Below the pieces are notes generated by a model. That model did not search any database. It was not told the origin of the DNA and saw only the letters and a list, made by a program, of their open reading frames with translations. Position numbers and translations under genes: made by a program. A stretch of DNA of 64,000 nucleotides. Source: Candidatus Hydrogenedentales bacterium. Lineage in GTDB: Bacteria > Hydrogenedentota > Hydrogenedentia > Hydrogenedentales > JAEUWI01. Each line of letters starts with the position of its first letter. The first letter of the stretch is position 1. The stretch spans positions 3,862,059 to 3,926,058 of the forward strand of contig OW818658.1 in assembly GCA_942492815.1 (NCBI GenBank), written 5' to 3'. Shown here piece after piece: positions 26,460-35,470 of this stretch.

Positions 26460-27011
26460 TCAGCCCGGCTGAACCTCTTCCCAGGCGGACTGATCCAGGG
26501 AGGGAAAGGTGATCTGGCAATTCCCCGCCATGAGTCCCGTGAGGCGGGCTTTTCCCTTGGAATCGGTGGTGCCTTTGTCGACGGTCTTCCCGTCGGGCAG
26601 CACGATCTCATAGGGCATGCCCGCGATGGGGCTGTCATCCATACCGACCAGTTCGATCTCGATCCAATCGGTCTTTTTCTGCACCGCCTTCTCCTGCACG
26701 ATGGCGGCCTGCTCCAGTTGGGCCTCTTCTTCGGCGGCCTCCTCGGAGATCTCCTGATCCGCCTGCTGGCGGGCCTGCTCCTGGCGCTGCTCCTGCTGGG
26801 CCGCCTGACCGGCGGCGGCCTCCTGCTCTTCGGCAGTGGGCGGCTTGTAGGGCGTGACCTTCTGGGTACCGTACTTCCCGGTCTGGCTCTGGATCTGCTC
26901 CGCCTTGATCTCCTGGATTTTTCCCGGATCAGCCTCGTCCGCGGGTTCGGGGGCCACGGCGTCGGCCGGGGCCACCGCGCTGCCGGCGGTACCGTCTTTA
27001 GGTGTGGGCAT
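26460..27011 (-). CDS. hypothetical protein: acidic/Gln-rich low-complexity N-terminus and small C-terminal beta domain, encoded immediately downstream of vgrG
   Basis: MPTPKDGTAGS...EQEAAAGQAAQQEQRQEQARQQADQE... then WIEIELVGMDDSPIAGMPYEIVLPDGKTVDKGTTDSKGKARLTGLMAGNCQITFP. No match to known VgrG adaptor families (DUF4123/DUF1795/DUF2169) that I can recognise. Confidence 0.45.
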   Translation of the reverse strand: MPTPKDGTAGSAVAPADAVAPEPADEADPGKIQEIKAEQIQSQTGKYGTQKVTPYKPPTAEEQEAAAGQAAQQEQRQEQARQQADQEISEEAAEEEAQLEQAAIVQEKAVQKKTDWIEIELVGMDDSPIAGMPYEIVLPDGKTVDKGTTDSKGKARLTGLMAGNCQITFPSLDQSAWEEVQPG

Positions 27012-27089
27012 GGTGTCTTAACTCCCTTTGGCGCAGGCGATGCCCGCAGCCCGAATACTACTTTTTGTTCTGGCCGACTTCGAAGGTCA

Positions 27090-27161
27090 CAGGGACGGCA
27101 GAGACTTCAGGGACAGCAGGTTTATCGGTGCCTGCCGTCTCTGATGTCTCTGCGGCCCCTG
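27090..27161. repeat. hairpin repeat family 2 (CAGGGACGGCAGAGAC core), imperfect copy between vgrG stop and orf183 start
   Basis: cagggacggcagagacttcagggacagcag (27090-27119) is nearly identical to 33161-33190, and is followed by the partly complementary gtctctgcggcccctg. Confidence 0.45.
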
Positions 27162-27199
27162 CGCGCGAAGGAACTCCACTTCAAACCAACTCGAAGACA

Positions 27200-29302
27200 T
27201 TAGTTTATCGCAACCATACCGCCCTTGAGGGTCAGGCTGCCATCGCCGCTTACGGTCGTGGAGGCGCCCTTGAGCTCGGAGGTTGCGGGACTCTCCAGCG
27301 CGAGGCCGCCGGTGCCCTTGAAGGAACCTTTGCCCGTGGCCGTCACTTCGGTGTTTCCTCCGGACTCGATGGTGATATCGCCATCGGCCTTCAGTTCGAT
27401 CTTGCCGGTGGTGCCGATGGTGATGCCGCTGGATTCAATGGCGATATAAGAATCCCCCACTTTGATGGTGACGTTGGTGGCGGCTTCGATAACGATATTG
27501 TCGCCCTTGAGGTAATAGTCCGCCGTTACTTCGATGGACTGTTTGGCCTTGTACACCTGGATGACATCGCCTTCGACGGTGTGACTGTGGGTGCCGGTGA
27601 CTTTGAGCGCTTCCTTGCCCTTGATGGTCAGGTTGTGGTCTCGGGTAATGGTCTCAATGTGATCCCGGCCCACGGTCTCGTGCTTGTCGTTATCCACCTT
27701 TTCCTTGCGATCGTTGATCACCTGCAGATGGTGATCATTGCCGATCCAGGTGAAGGAATCGTTCAGAATTCTCTTGTCGAAATTCTTCTGGCCATGAACG
27801 AAGATCTGCTCGCTGTCTTTTTTGTCTTCAAAGCGGATCTCATTGAAGCCCTCGCCCCCTTTGCTGGAGCTGCTTTTCATGACCGACATGGTCATATTGG
27901 TCGGCAGGGCATAGGGTGGTTTGTTTTCCTCGTTGTACAGCGCTCCGACAACGATCGGGCGGTCGGGGTCCCCTTCGAGGAACTCCACCACGACCTCCTG
28001 ACCCATGCGGGGCAGGACGACGGCACCCCAGTTTTTCCCCGCCCACGATTGGGCGAGGCGGATAAAGCAGGAGCTGTCGGCGTCGGACTTTCCGTAGCGG
28101 TCCCAGTGAAACTGGACTTTGATGCGACCATACTCGTCCGTGTAGATTTCCTCGCCACTGGGGCCCACGACAATGGCGGTCTGAGGCCCGTGGACGAAGG
28201 GCCTGGGAGTCAGGCTCTGGCTCCGGAACTGGGACGTTTTCCGGATGGCCGTGAAGCTGCACTTGAAGGGATCCAGCTTCTGGCCCTCGATGGGCGTGGA
28301 GGTGTAATCCTCCCCCACCACGTTAATGGTCGTGGAAGTAATGATATAGTCCGTGTTCTGTGATGCCAGCGGATAGTCCGCCATGGCATAGAGCGCGCCG
28401 CAGGCCGTGCCGCGAATCACGCATTCCCCCCGGAAGGTCTGGTAGTCCGCCTGAAACTCTTCGATTCGGTTTTTCGCGTACTTGGTGCCGTCCGCCGCGA
28501 CCGTGAACTGCCCTGGATAGTCGAAGCGCTCCAGATTGGCCTTGGCGTTTGGCCGCGCAATTTCCGACTGGGCTTTGAGGGGACTCTTGGGCGTCTTGAG
28601 ATTGAAGTCCGCATAGGCGAAGCGGCCGCTTTCGAACTGGCCCATTTCGATCCAGTAGAAGATGCTGTTCTGCTCGATGGAGCCCTTGTCCTTGAGCACG
28701 AACTTCATGGTCTCGTAGCCGGGAATGGCCTCGTGGAGGCTGGACGCGTTGATCAGCACAAGGGTGTGGACACCGTCCGCGTGCTTGAAATAGTAATAGA
28801 TGCCTTCCTGCTCCATGAGCCGGCTGATGAAGTCGAAGTAGGACTCACGGTACATGACGCAGAATTCGCGCTTGGGATACGTGACACTGCCCAGCTTGTA
28901 TTCAACGTCAGAGATGCCCTGTTCACCGAGGATCTCCTTGATGATGGCGACGGCATCTTTATTTTGAAAGATGCGGCAATCCCGGGTGCGCGTCAGGAAC
29001 CAGAGAGAAGGGACGATGGTGGCCTGGTAGTAGGTCAGATCTTCGACTTCCTGGGTTCGCGCGAAGCGATTAATGACGCCATTGATAAATCGCGCGCCCG
29101 AGTCCGAATAGTTCATCCGGACAGTCACATTCTGGCCAATGATCTGATCGAAGGTGATGTTGGGGTCTTCGCTGCACAGCTCGACTTCGTATTGGAAAAT
29201 GCGACCCAACTCCTCCACACCGGCCATGCGGCGGAAGAGCAGTTTATCTTTTCCCAGCGGCGTGGCGATGCTGGCCCATCGGGTGTCTTGTGTTCTAGGC
29301 AT
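27200..29302 (-). CDS. vgrG: type VI secretion system spike protein VgrG (TssI), no C-terminal effector extension
   Basis: 700 aa. N-terminal gp27-like region (LLFRRMAGVEELGRIFQYEVELCSED), gp5-like OB/beta-helix repeats (HETVGRDHIETITRDHNLTIKGKEALKVTGTHSHTVEGD...), canonical C-terminal end KGGMVAIN. Confidence 0.9.
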   Translation of the reverse strand: MPRTQDTRWASIATPLGKDKLLFRRMAGVEELGRIFQYEVELCSEDPNITFDQIIGQNVTVRMNYSDSGARFINGVINRFARTQEVEDLTYYQATIVPSLWFLTRTRDCRIFQNKDAVAIIKEILGEQGISDVEYKLGSVTYPKREFCVMYRESYFDFISRLMEQEGIYYYFKHADGVHTLVLINASSLHEAIPGYETMKFVLKDKGSIEQNSIFYWIEMGQFESGRFAYADFNLKTPKSPLKAQSEIARPNAKANLERFDYPGQFTVAADGTKYAKNRIEEFQADYQTFRGECVIRGTACGALYAMADYPLASQNTDYIITSTTINVVGEDYTSTPIEGQKLDPFKCSFTAIRKTSQFRSQSLTPRPFVHGPQTAIVVGPSGEEIYTDEYGRIKVQFHWDRYGKSDADSSCFIRLAQSWAGKNWGAVVLPRMGQEVVVEFLEGDPDRPIVVGALYNEENKPPYALPTNMTMSVMKSSSSKGGEGFNEIRFEDKKDSEQIFVHGQKNFDKRILNDSFTWIGNDHHLQVINDRKEKVDNDKHETVGRDHIETITRDHNLTIKGKEALKVTGTHSHTVEGDVIQVYKAKQSIEVTADYYLKGDNIVIEAATNVTIKVGDSYIAIESSGITIGTTGKIELKADGDITIESGGNTEVTATGKGSFKGTGGLALESPATSELKGASTTVSGDGSLTLKGGMVAIN

Positions 29303-29467
29303 ATGCTAAGCACCTGTTTTCGATTCGGAGCGACATTCAAAGTATTGGGCACTGGGATAAAATAAACCACGTATGAACATCAACCCGCAAGAATAGAGAC
29401 TTCTCATCTCGGCAATCGAAGCGAGCATTCGATACGACAAGGTAGTAACCACCCATCAAATACTTTT

Positions 29468-29544
29468 CATCCGTGGGTATCCGTGTAATCCGTGGTCAAG
29501 CATCCTTTTTTTTGACCACGGATTACACGGAAAGGCACGGATGA
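29468..29544. repeat. family 1 hairpin repeat, near-perfect 20-bp stem, in the 384-bp gap between tssG and vgrG
   Basis: catccgtgggtatccgtgtaatccgtggtcaa-gcatccttttttt-ttgaccacggattacacggaaaggcacggatg: arms 29480-29499 and 29513-29532 are perfectly complementary, and the outer catccgtg/cacggatg also pair. Confidence 0.6.
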
Positions 29545-29685
29545 AAGGGGTCTGTGCACGGTCCGAAATTCAGAAGGTAGCTTGACTCCATTCCTGTTCG
29601 TTTCAACGTCTCAGTCGTGTTTCGTGGTTCAATTTTCTCCTGCGGCCAACGGCCACGCTATGTAGTTCATGGTACGTTTGCCGAC

Positions 29686-30747
29686 TTAGCCCTGCGACCC
29701 CGAGGTCTGGCGGAACCACGACACGAGGGTCATTCGATCCATCCGCAAGTCCGCGGGATCGTGATCAAATTCATAATCCTTGCCCTTCAGCCAGGTGGTC
29801 CAGCCCAATTGGCCCTGACTCCCGAGGCAGACCTGGGGTACTTCCTCGCGGCGCAGGACAAGGCAGACGTCCCATTCCAGCTCTTCGCCCACGTAGTTGC
29901 GAACCCAGTCGATTAGGTGCTCCAGGCGATCGCCCGAAGGCAGCATGCTGAGATAGCGCTGCCAGTCCATGGCCCCGAGGCGGATACAAAATTTCTGCTG
30001 CCGGTCCCAGAAGCGCTTGCCGATAATGAGATTCTGACCGATTTTGCCAGTGAGGCGCGTCTCGCCCAGTCGGCATCGGCAATCTTCGGGAACGTCGATC
30101 CACTGGCCGATAAACTCTTCGACCTCTGCGGGGGTACCGAAATACTCGCCGAGTATTGCGCAGAGGCCTTCCGCGTTGCGCGTCTGCATGGCCAGCCACG
30201 AAGAATAGTAGCGCTTCGCATCGTCGCGGATGGAATCGCGCTCCTGAAAGACGGGCGCGCCGATACCCACCAGGCTCGATACATACTTTGAGAAGGAGCC
30301 ATGGCGGGTGCGCTCGTAGGACGCGGTCATCTGACATTCGGCCCAGCTCCGGTGAAAGAGGGCGATGATGCGACTCTGCAACGCGTCCAGGAACTCGGGA
30401 TGGGCCCGGTCCTTGTCATGGAGGAGGCGCTCGTAGATCGATTCCGTGAAATTGAGCGGCATGGGGCCGGTGGGCCCAAGCAGGCCAAGGAAATTGACCT
30501 TCATGCGCGGGGGCGCGCCGCCCTCGCCCGGATCGAATGAATCGATGGACCCCGCCTCGAAAGTCAGACCGATATGCTGGCTGAAGCGCACGACATCATC
30601 GTGCAGGTGGTGCGCATAGCCCACGCGCGCCTTGCCCGGCTGCTCGCTCTCCAGCCGGCGGATGGCCTGGAAAAAATTGGCCGAACCGGGCTTCTTCGCG
30701 AGACGGTTCTTTATACCAGCTTCCGCTGTCCCATTCTCGCTTTCCAC
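29686..30747 (-). CDS. tssG: type VI secretion system baseplate subunit TssG
   Basis: N-terminal FFQAIRRLE motif characteristic of TssG. About 350 aa. Overlaps the tssF stop by 37 nt (translational coupling). Confidence 0.85.
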   Translation of the reverse strand: MESENGTAEAGIKNRLAKKPGSANFFQAIRRLESEQPGKARVGYAHHLHDDVVRFSQHIGLTFEAGSIDSFDPGEGGAPPRMKVNFLGLLGPTGPMPLNFTESIYERLLHDKDRAHPEFLDALQSRIIALFHRSWAECQMTASYERTRHGSFSKYVSSLVGIGAPVFQERDSIRDDAKRYYSSWLAMQTRNAEGLCAILGEYFGTPAEVEEFIGQWIDVPEDCRCRLGETRLTGKIGQNLIIGKRFWDRQQKFCIRLGAMDWQRYLSMLPSGDRLEHLIDWVRNYVGEELEWDVCLVLRREEVPQVCLGSQGQLGWTTWLKGKDYEFDHDPADLRMDRMTLVSWFRQTSGSQG

Positions 30748-32591
30748 CGTTTAAGCTCTCCTTGTTCCGGCGTTTGAATCACGGTTTCCGTGAAGGAATT
30801 CAACGATACATGCTTGGCGAAGAAGCGTTCGAGCACCGCGCCCAGCAGGAAGGTGCCCGCGCCCTCCACCGATTCCTCCTCCATCGTCACCTGGATCTCC
30901 AAGCCCCGGGCGAAGGCGATCTGGCCCGGTCCCTCGACGCGACGCGTAATCGGCACGCTCCGGACCTGGCGCAGGCTGTTGATCTGCTTGCGGATGCCCG
31001 GGTCCGAGACCGAGCCGTAAAGCCCAAGCAATTCGCGCAGGGCGGAGGCGGCATCGCCCTCTTCCGTGTCCATCAGGGACAGGTAATTGAGGGAAAGGTG
31101 ATTGATAATGCGCCAGGTGAAGGCCCCTTCGGCCAGGGAAGCTCGGGGTGTGGTGGGGCCGGCCACGACGCGAATACCTTCGACGGGCGCGTGGGCATCC
31201 AGGGTAAAGTCGGAGTTCAACACGCCTGTCTGCATGAGCAGCGGCAGGTCCCGGTTGGTACACAGGGTTTCCAGGGCGAGCTGGCGGATGTCCGGGCTGT
31301 AGGGAGCGGCATTTGCATCGACCAGGGAGACATAGACCTCGCTTCCCGAGTAGCCCGAGCGGGTCCCGTGGTTGAGCTCGCGCTCGCTCAGACGGCGTGG
31401 CATTCGTTGGGTCGAAAAGTAGGCGCGACTCTCGGAGTCATAGCCCTTGGCGGAATAGAAGGGCTCGAAAATCTGGCGGTCCCCCATCTGGGTGCCGTAG
31501 CCCGTGATGCGGTTGACCTGGTAGATCTCGAAATCCAGGGGACGTGTACGATCACCCACGATGTGGAACCGCGATACTGTGTCGGAAACGTCAACGCGGT
31601 CGGGCTCCAGCGGAAACAGATTGATGGCCGGGGCGCAATTGAGCACGAAATTATTTGCCGCCACTTCATTCTCCAGCCGGGGATCGCCCTGCTTGAGGAG
31701 GATGAAGATGTCGAGCTCCGTCGTGACGGCGCTGCCGATGTATTTGTTCAGCCCGCCGATCTCAAAAAACATGTAGCGCTGGGGAAAGGCGAAGTACTCG
31801 TGGAGCAGGCGGTAGCCCTGAAAGGAGCGGGAGCCGTAGGGCAGGAGATGTTCATCGTCCCCGAAGCCCACCTGGCGAATCCGCTCGGCCGAGAGGGTGC
31901 GCTGCCAGGCCGGTGCGCTGCCCGTGGGCCGCATGACCACGCCCACGCCATGGGAGAATATCGCTTCGTAGAGCCGGGCCCCCACATCGCCGCCGCCGCG
32001 GATGAACAGGGTAAGCTTGTTCAGATCGATGTCGCTGAACAGCAACCCGCCCATGGTCTTCAGCCGGAGGCGGATACCGGCGCTCACATCGCGCCGATCG
32101 GGGAGGCCGAGGGAGCTGATTTCCCGGGTGTAGTACTCCGCCTCGGTCAACACGATGGGCCACAGGGTTACGTCGTGGCCCGTGCGGTACTGGCAAGAAT
32201 AGTCGTCGCCGATACCGCCACCGCTGCGGATGACGGAATCGCGCGGAATGGTTACCCCTTCGGCCAGCGAAGGCTCGGCAAAATCGGGCTGAAACTGGAC
32301 CACGGTCATAGAGGGGGTGGGGCAAAGATAGTGGGGATAGACCGTCTCCACCAGGCTCTGGGTGAAGTTGGGAAACTCGTCATCCAGCTTCATGCGCACG
32401 CGGGCGGTGAGAAAGGCCACACCTTCGAGAAGCCGCTCGACATAGGGGTCGGCGCACTCGAAGGAATCGAGACCGAGGCGGCCCGCCACCTTCGGGTTCT
32501 CCCGGGCGAAGACCTCGCCCATTTCCCGCAGGTACTGTAATTCTTCGTTGTAATAGTCCAGGCGGCGGCGGCTGTTGGAGATTCTATCCAT
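30711..32591 (-). CDS. tssF: type VI secretion system baseplate subunit TssF
   Basis: N-terminus LDYYNEELQYLREMGEVFARENPKVAGRLGL...DPYVERLLEGVAFLTARV is the TssF signature. 626 aa. Overlaps the tssE stop by 8 nt. Confidence 0.9.
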   Translation of the reverse strand: MDRISNSRRRLDYYNEELQYLREMGEVFARENPKVAGRLGLDSFECADPYVERLLEGVAFLTARVRMKLDDEFPNFTQSLVETVYPHYLCPTPSMTVVQFQPDFAEPSLAEGVTIPRDSVIRSGGGIGDDYSCQYRTGHDVTLWPIVLTEAEYYTREISSLGLPDRRDVSAGIRLRLKTMGGLLFSDIDLNKLTLFIRGGGDVGARLYEAIFSHGVGVVMRPTGSAPAWQRTLSAERIRQVGFGDDEHLLPYGSRSFQGYRLLHEYFAFPQRYMFFEIGGLNKYIGSAVTTELDIFILLKQGDPRLENEVAANNFVLNCAPAINLFPLEPDRVDVSDTVSRFHIVGDRTRPLDFEIYQVNRITGYGTQMGDRQIFEPFYSAKGYDSESRAYFSTQRMPRRLSERELNHGTRSGYSGSEVYVSLVDANAAPYSPDIRQLALETLCTNRDLPLLMQTGVLNSDFTLDAHAPVEGIRVVAGPTTPRASLAEGAFTWRIINHLSLNYLSLMDTEEGDAASALRELLGLYGSVSDPGIRKQINSLRQVRSVPITRRVEGPGQIAFARGLEIQVTMEEESVEGAGTFLLGAVLERFFAKHVSLNSFTETVIQTPEQGELKRWKARMGQRKLV

Positions 32592-33111
32592 TGCGCCATT
32601 CCTTTACGATCACGCTGGCCTTGTGCATGTCGACGCTGGTGAGAATGTAAACATTTTCGGAATAGGGCTTGGCCCAGAGCTCCGCGTTAATTTCGATATC
32701 CAGGTTGCGCATGGCGGTGTCGCTGGCGGATTCCACCGGGGAGACGCGCACGCGCAGTGTTTCTCTGTTGACCCGAGGTTCGAATCGCGTGATGGCCTCT
32801 CGAATGGCCTGCTCGACCATTTGGGGCTTCATGGCTACGTCGGCCATGCCGAGGAGGTTGGGCATGCCGTAGTTCAACACGGAACGCTGCACTTCGGGAT
32901 GTTCCGCGTACTCGGCCAGCTCCGGCTGAAGCCCGTAGGAGAGCAGTCGCATAAGATCCCGCTGGAAGCCGGCCCGGTATTCCTGAAAACTCATGGCTTG
33001 CGGGCGGGGGGCCTCCAGCCGCCGGTCCGGCTCTTGGTCGGTCAGGCGGTCCATCAGCGATGGCAGGTAGCGGACATACAACGGGATGACCTCGCAATCG
33101 GATACGGACAT
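32584..33111 (-). CDS. tssE: type VI secretion system baseplate subunit TssE (gp25-like)
   Basis: 175 aa with the SLMDRLTD motif and gp25/lysozyme-like size. Position between hcp and tssF. Confidence 0.8.
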   Translation of the reverse strand: MSVSDCEVIPLYVRYLPSLMDRLTDQEPDRRLEAPRPQAMSFQEYRAGFQRDLMRLLSYGLQPELAEYAEHPEVQRSVLNYGMPNLLGMADVAMKPQMVEQAIREAITRFEPRVNRETLRVRVSPVESASDTAMRNLDIEINAELWAKPYSENVYILTSVDMHKASVIVKEWRNG

Positions 33112-33160
33112 GGCCCGCGACCCGGCTTCTCTCGACAGTTAAAGGGTGCTTCGCGATTCT

Positions 33161-33233
33161 CAGGGACGGCAGAGACGCCAGGGACAGCAGGTGGATATCA
33201 TTTCTGCTGTCCCTGAAGTCTCTGCCGTCCCTG
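33161..33233. repeat. hairpin repeat family 2: 30-bp inverted repeat (2 mismatches) with 13-nt loop, in the 241-bp gap downstream of hcp and upstream of tssE
   Basis: cagggacggcagagacgccagggacagcag-gtggatatcattt-ctgctgtccctgaagtctctgccgtccctg. No U-tract follows on the transcript strand, so it is not a canonical intrinsic terminator. Confidence 0.6.
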
Positions 33234-33352
33234 TAACCGCGAGCGAGGCACTGGTTCGTTTGGAAAATCTGGCCTTTGGTGGAATTGCAACGCGGCCGGG
33301 CTTGCCCCACGGCAAGCCCGGTCGCGGTCATTCATGTTCAAATCGCCGTGAA

Positions 33353-33844
33353 TCAGGTCTGGCGGTTGGTCAGGCGGTTCCAGGTCGAGCTGAAGGTATC
33401 GCCCATCTTGCCGTCCGGCTTCACCATGGTGTATTCCCACTTGATGGTGGTGAAGGCGAGGGAGCCTTCTTCGGTGGGCAGTTCACCGTCGCTGCCGGTC
33501 GTGTTGATGCTGGCAACGATGCTGTTGGTCAGCGTGATCCGGAAGTAGACTTCGGCCTTTTCCGTGGGGCGGACGGCTTCGATCACGATCGTGGGAATCA
33601 CTTTGGCCGTCAGGCAGTACTGGAAAAGCTGGACGCTGGAGCGGTCCATGGCTTTGTTGAAGCTCATGACTTCCAGCGTTGCGCCGCCGGTGGTGAAACC
33701 GCCGGCCGCGGAGGGCGTGCCGCCGCCTTCAATGTCGTGGGCCATTTCCTGGCCAAATTCGGTGATTTCCAGCCATCCCTTGTGGCTTTCGTCTTCGGAT
33801 TCACCCGTGATCCCGTCAATCTTCATGAAGAATGCGTTTGCCAT
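33353..33844 (-). CDS. hcp: type VI secretion system tube protein Hcp (TssD)
   Basis: MANAFFMKIDGITGESEDESHKGWLEI... is the classic Hcp1 N-terminus. 163 aa. Flanked by long intergenic gaps (154 bp upstream, 241 bp downstream), consistent with its own expression control. Confidence 0.9.
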   Translation of the reverse strand: MANAFFMKIDGITGESEDESHKGWLEITEFGQEMAHDIEGGGTPSAAGGFTTGGATLEVMSFNKAMDRSSVQLFQYCLTAKVIPTIVIEAVRPTEKAEVYFRITLTNSIVASINTTGSDGELPTEEGSLAFTTIKWEYTMVKPDGKMGDTFSSTWNRLTNRQT

Positions 33845-33998
33845 GCCGTATAGCTCCTTGTTTGATTAGGTTGCGCGCGGTATTGCCACCCCGACGTAAC
33901 ACGTTTAACTTTAAGTACAGTACCCATTTGAAATCCGGTGCGGACCGCCGCGATGGCGGCCCGCTCCGGCACGAAACATTTCAACGAACTTCTGGCGC

Positions 33999-35468
33999 TC
34001 AGCCCTTTTCCGTGGGGAGCTTGGAAACCAGCCGGAGCGATGCCGACAGGCCTTCCAACTGGTAGTGGGGGCGCAGGTAGAACACGGCCGAATAATAGCC
34101 CGGGTTGCCTTCCACATCCGCCACCACGACTTCGGCGGCGGCCAGCGGGCGGCGAGCCTTGGCTTCATTCGACGCATTCGCGGGATCGGGCTCGACGTAC
34201 TGGCGGATCCAGTTGTTCAGCCAGGTCTCCATGTCGGAGCGCTCGGCGAAGGATCCCACCTTGTCGCGCACGATGCACTTGAGATAGTGGGCGAAGCGGC
34301 AGGTCGAGAACAGGTAGGGCAGGCGCGCGCTGAGGTTCGCGTTGGCCGTCGCATCCGGATCATCATATTCCTGAGGCTTCTGCAGCGACTGGGCACCGAT
34401 AAACACGGCGTAGTCGGTATTCTTAAAGTAAGACAGGGGCATCAGGCCGCACTTGGCCAGCTCGGCCTCGCGACGGTCGGTGATGGCGATCTCGGTCGGG
34501 CAGGTCATGTCCACGCCGCCATCGTCCGTCGGGAAGGTGTAGCAGGGCAGTCCCTCGACGGAACCGCCGCTTTCCACGCCCCGGATCTGGGAACACCAGC
34601 CGTAGAGCTTGAAGGAGCGGGTGATGTTCGCGCCCATGGCGTAGGCGGCGTTCGCCCAGGTGAAATTCGCCTGGTCGTTGTTGACCACTTCTTCAAAGTC
34701 GAAATCGTCGACGGGGTTGGTCTGGGCACCGTAGGGCAGGCGGGACAGGAAGCGCGGCAGGGTCAAACCCAGGTAGCGCGCATCTTCCGACTCGCGGAGG
34801 GAGCGCCAGGGGGCGTACTCCGGCGAGGTGAAGAGCTTGTTGATATCACTCGGATTGGCCAGCTCCTGCCAGCTATCCATGTTCATCAACTTGGGCGAGG
34901 CGGCGGCGATAAAGGGTGTGTGCGCCGCGGCCGCGACCTGGGACAGGCCCTGGAGAATTTCGACATCCGGGGCGCTGTGGTCGAATTCATAGTCGCCCAC
35001 GATACAGCCAAAGGGCTCGCCGCCCGGGGTGCCGTACTCTTCTTCGTACATCTTCTTGAAGAGGGGGCTCTGTTCCCACGCGGTGCCCTTGAATTTCTTC
35101 AACACCTTCGCTATCTCTTTTTTGGAGATGTTCAGCACGCGAATTTTCAGTTGCTCGTCGGTCTCGGTATTGGCAACCATGTACTGGAGGCCGCGCCATG
35201 AACCTTCAAGCCGCTGGAAGTCCTCGTGGTGGATGATCTGGTTCACCTGAGCGGAGAGCTTGTCGTCCAGACTCTTGATGATGAACTTAATGGTCGCCGT
35301 GGGATCCGCGGGATCGACCTCACCCTCCTTGAGGGCCTGGCGGGCCAGGGTGTTGATGGATTTCTGGATGGTCTCGCGGGCGGCCGAGGATTTCGGCTTG
35401 AATTGCGAGTCGATCAGGCTGTCGATCTGGGTTACTTCCAATGCGCCTTCGTCAAGTGCTTCGGCCAT
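33999..35468 (-). CDS. tssC: type VI secretion system contractile sheath large subunit TssC (VipB)
   Basis: 489 aa. Conserved TssC blocks (PFGCIVGDYEFDHSAPDVEILQGLSQVAAAAHTPFIAAASP ... PRFLSRLPYG ... YLRPHYQLEG). Starts 2 nt after the tssB stop. Confidence 0.9.
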   Translation of the reverse strand: MAEALDEGALEVTQIDSLIDSQFKPKSSAARETIQKSINTLARQALKEGEVDPADPTATIKFIIKSLDDKLSAQVNQIIHHEDFQRLEGSWRGLQYMVANTETDEQLKIRVLNISKKEIAKVLKKFKGTAWEQSPLFKKMYEEEYGTPGGEPFGCIVGDYEFDHSAPDVEILQGLSQVAAAAHTPFIAAASPKLMNMDSWQELANPSDINKLFTSPEYAPWRSLRESEDARYLGLTLPRFLSRLPYGAQTNPVDDFDFEEVVNNDQANFTWANAAYAMGANITRSFKLYGWCSQIRGVESGGSVEGLPCYTFPTDDGGVDMTCPTEIAITDRREAELAKCGLMPLSYFKNTDYAVFIGAQSLQKPQEYDDPDATANANLSARLPYLFSTCRFAHYLKCIVRDKVGSFAERSDMETWLNNWIRQYVEPDPANASNEAKARRPLAAAEVVVADVEGNPGYYSAVFYLRPHYQLEGLSASLRLVSKLPTEKG

Positions 35469-35470
35469 GA

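Noticed and set aside
29617-29916. Short + ORFs in the tssG-vgrG gap
   Set aside because: They overlap the tssG coding region in antisense or lie in the hairpin-repeat sequence.
30762-32540. 592-aa + strand ORF
   Set aside because: Antisense to tssF. No motifs.
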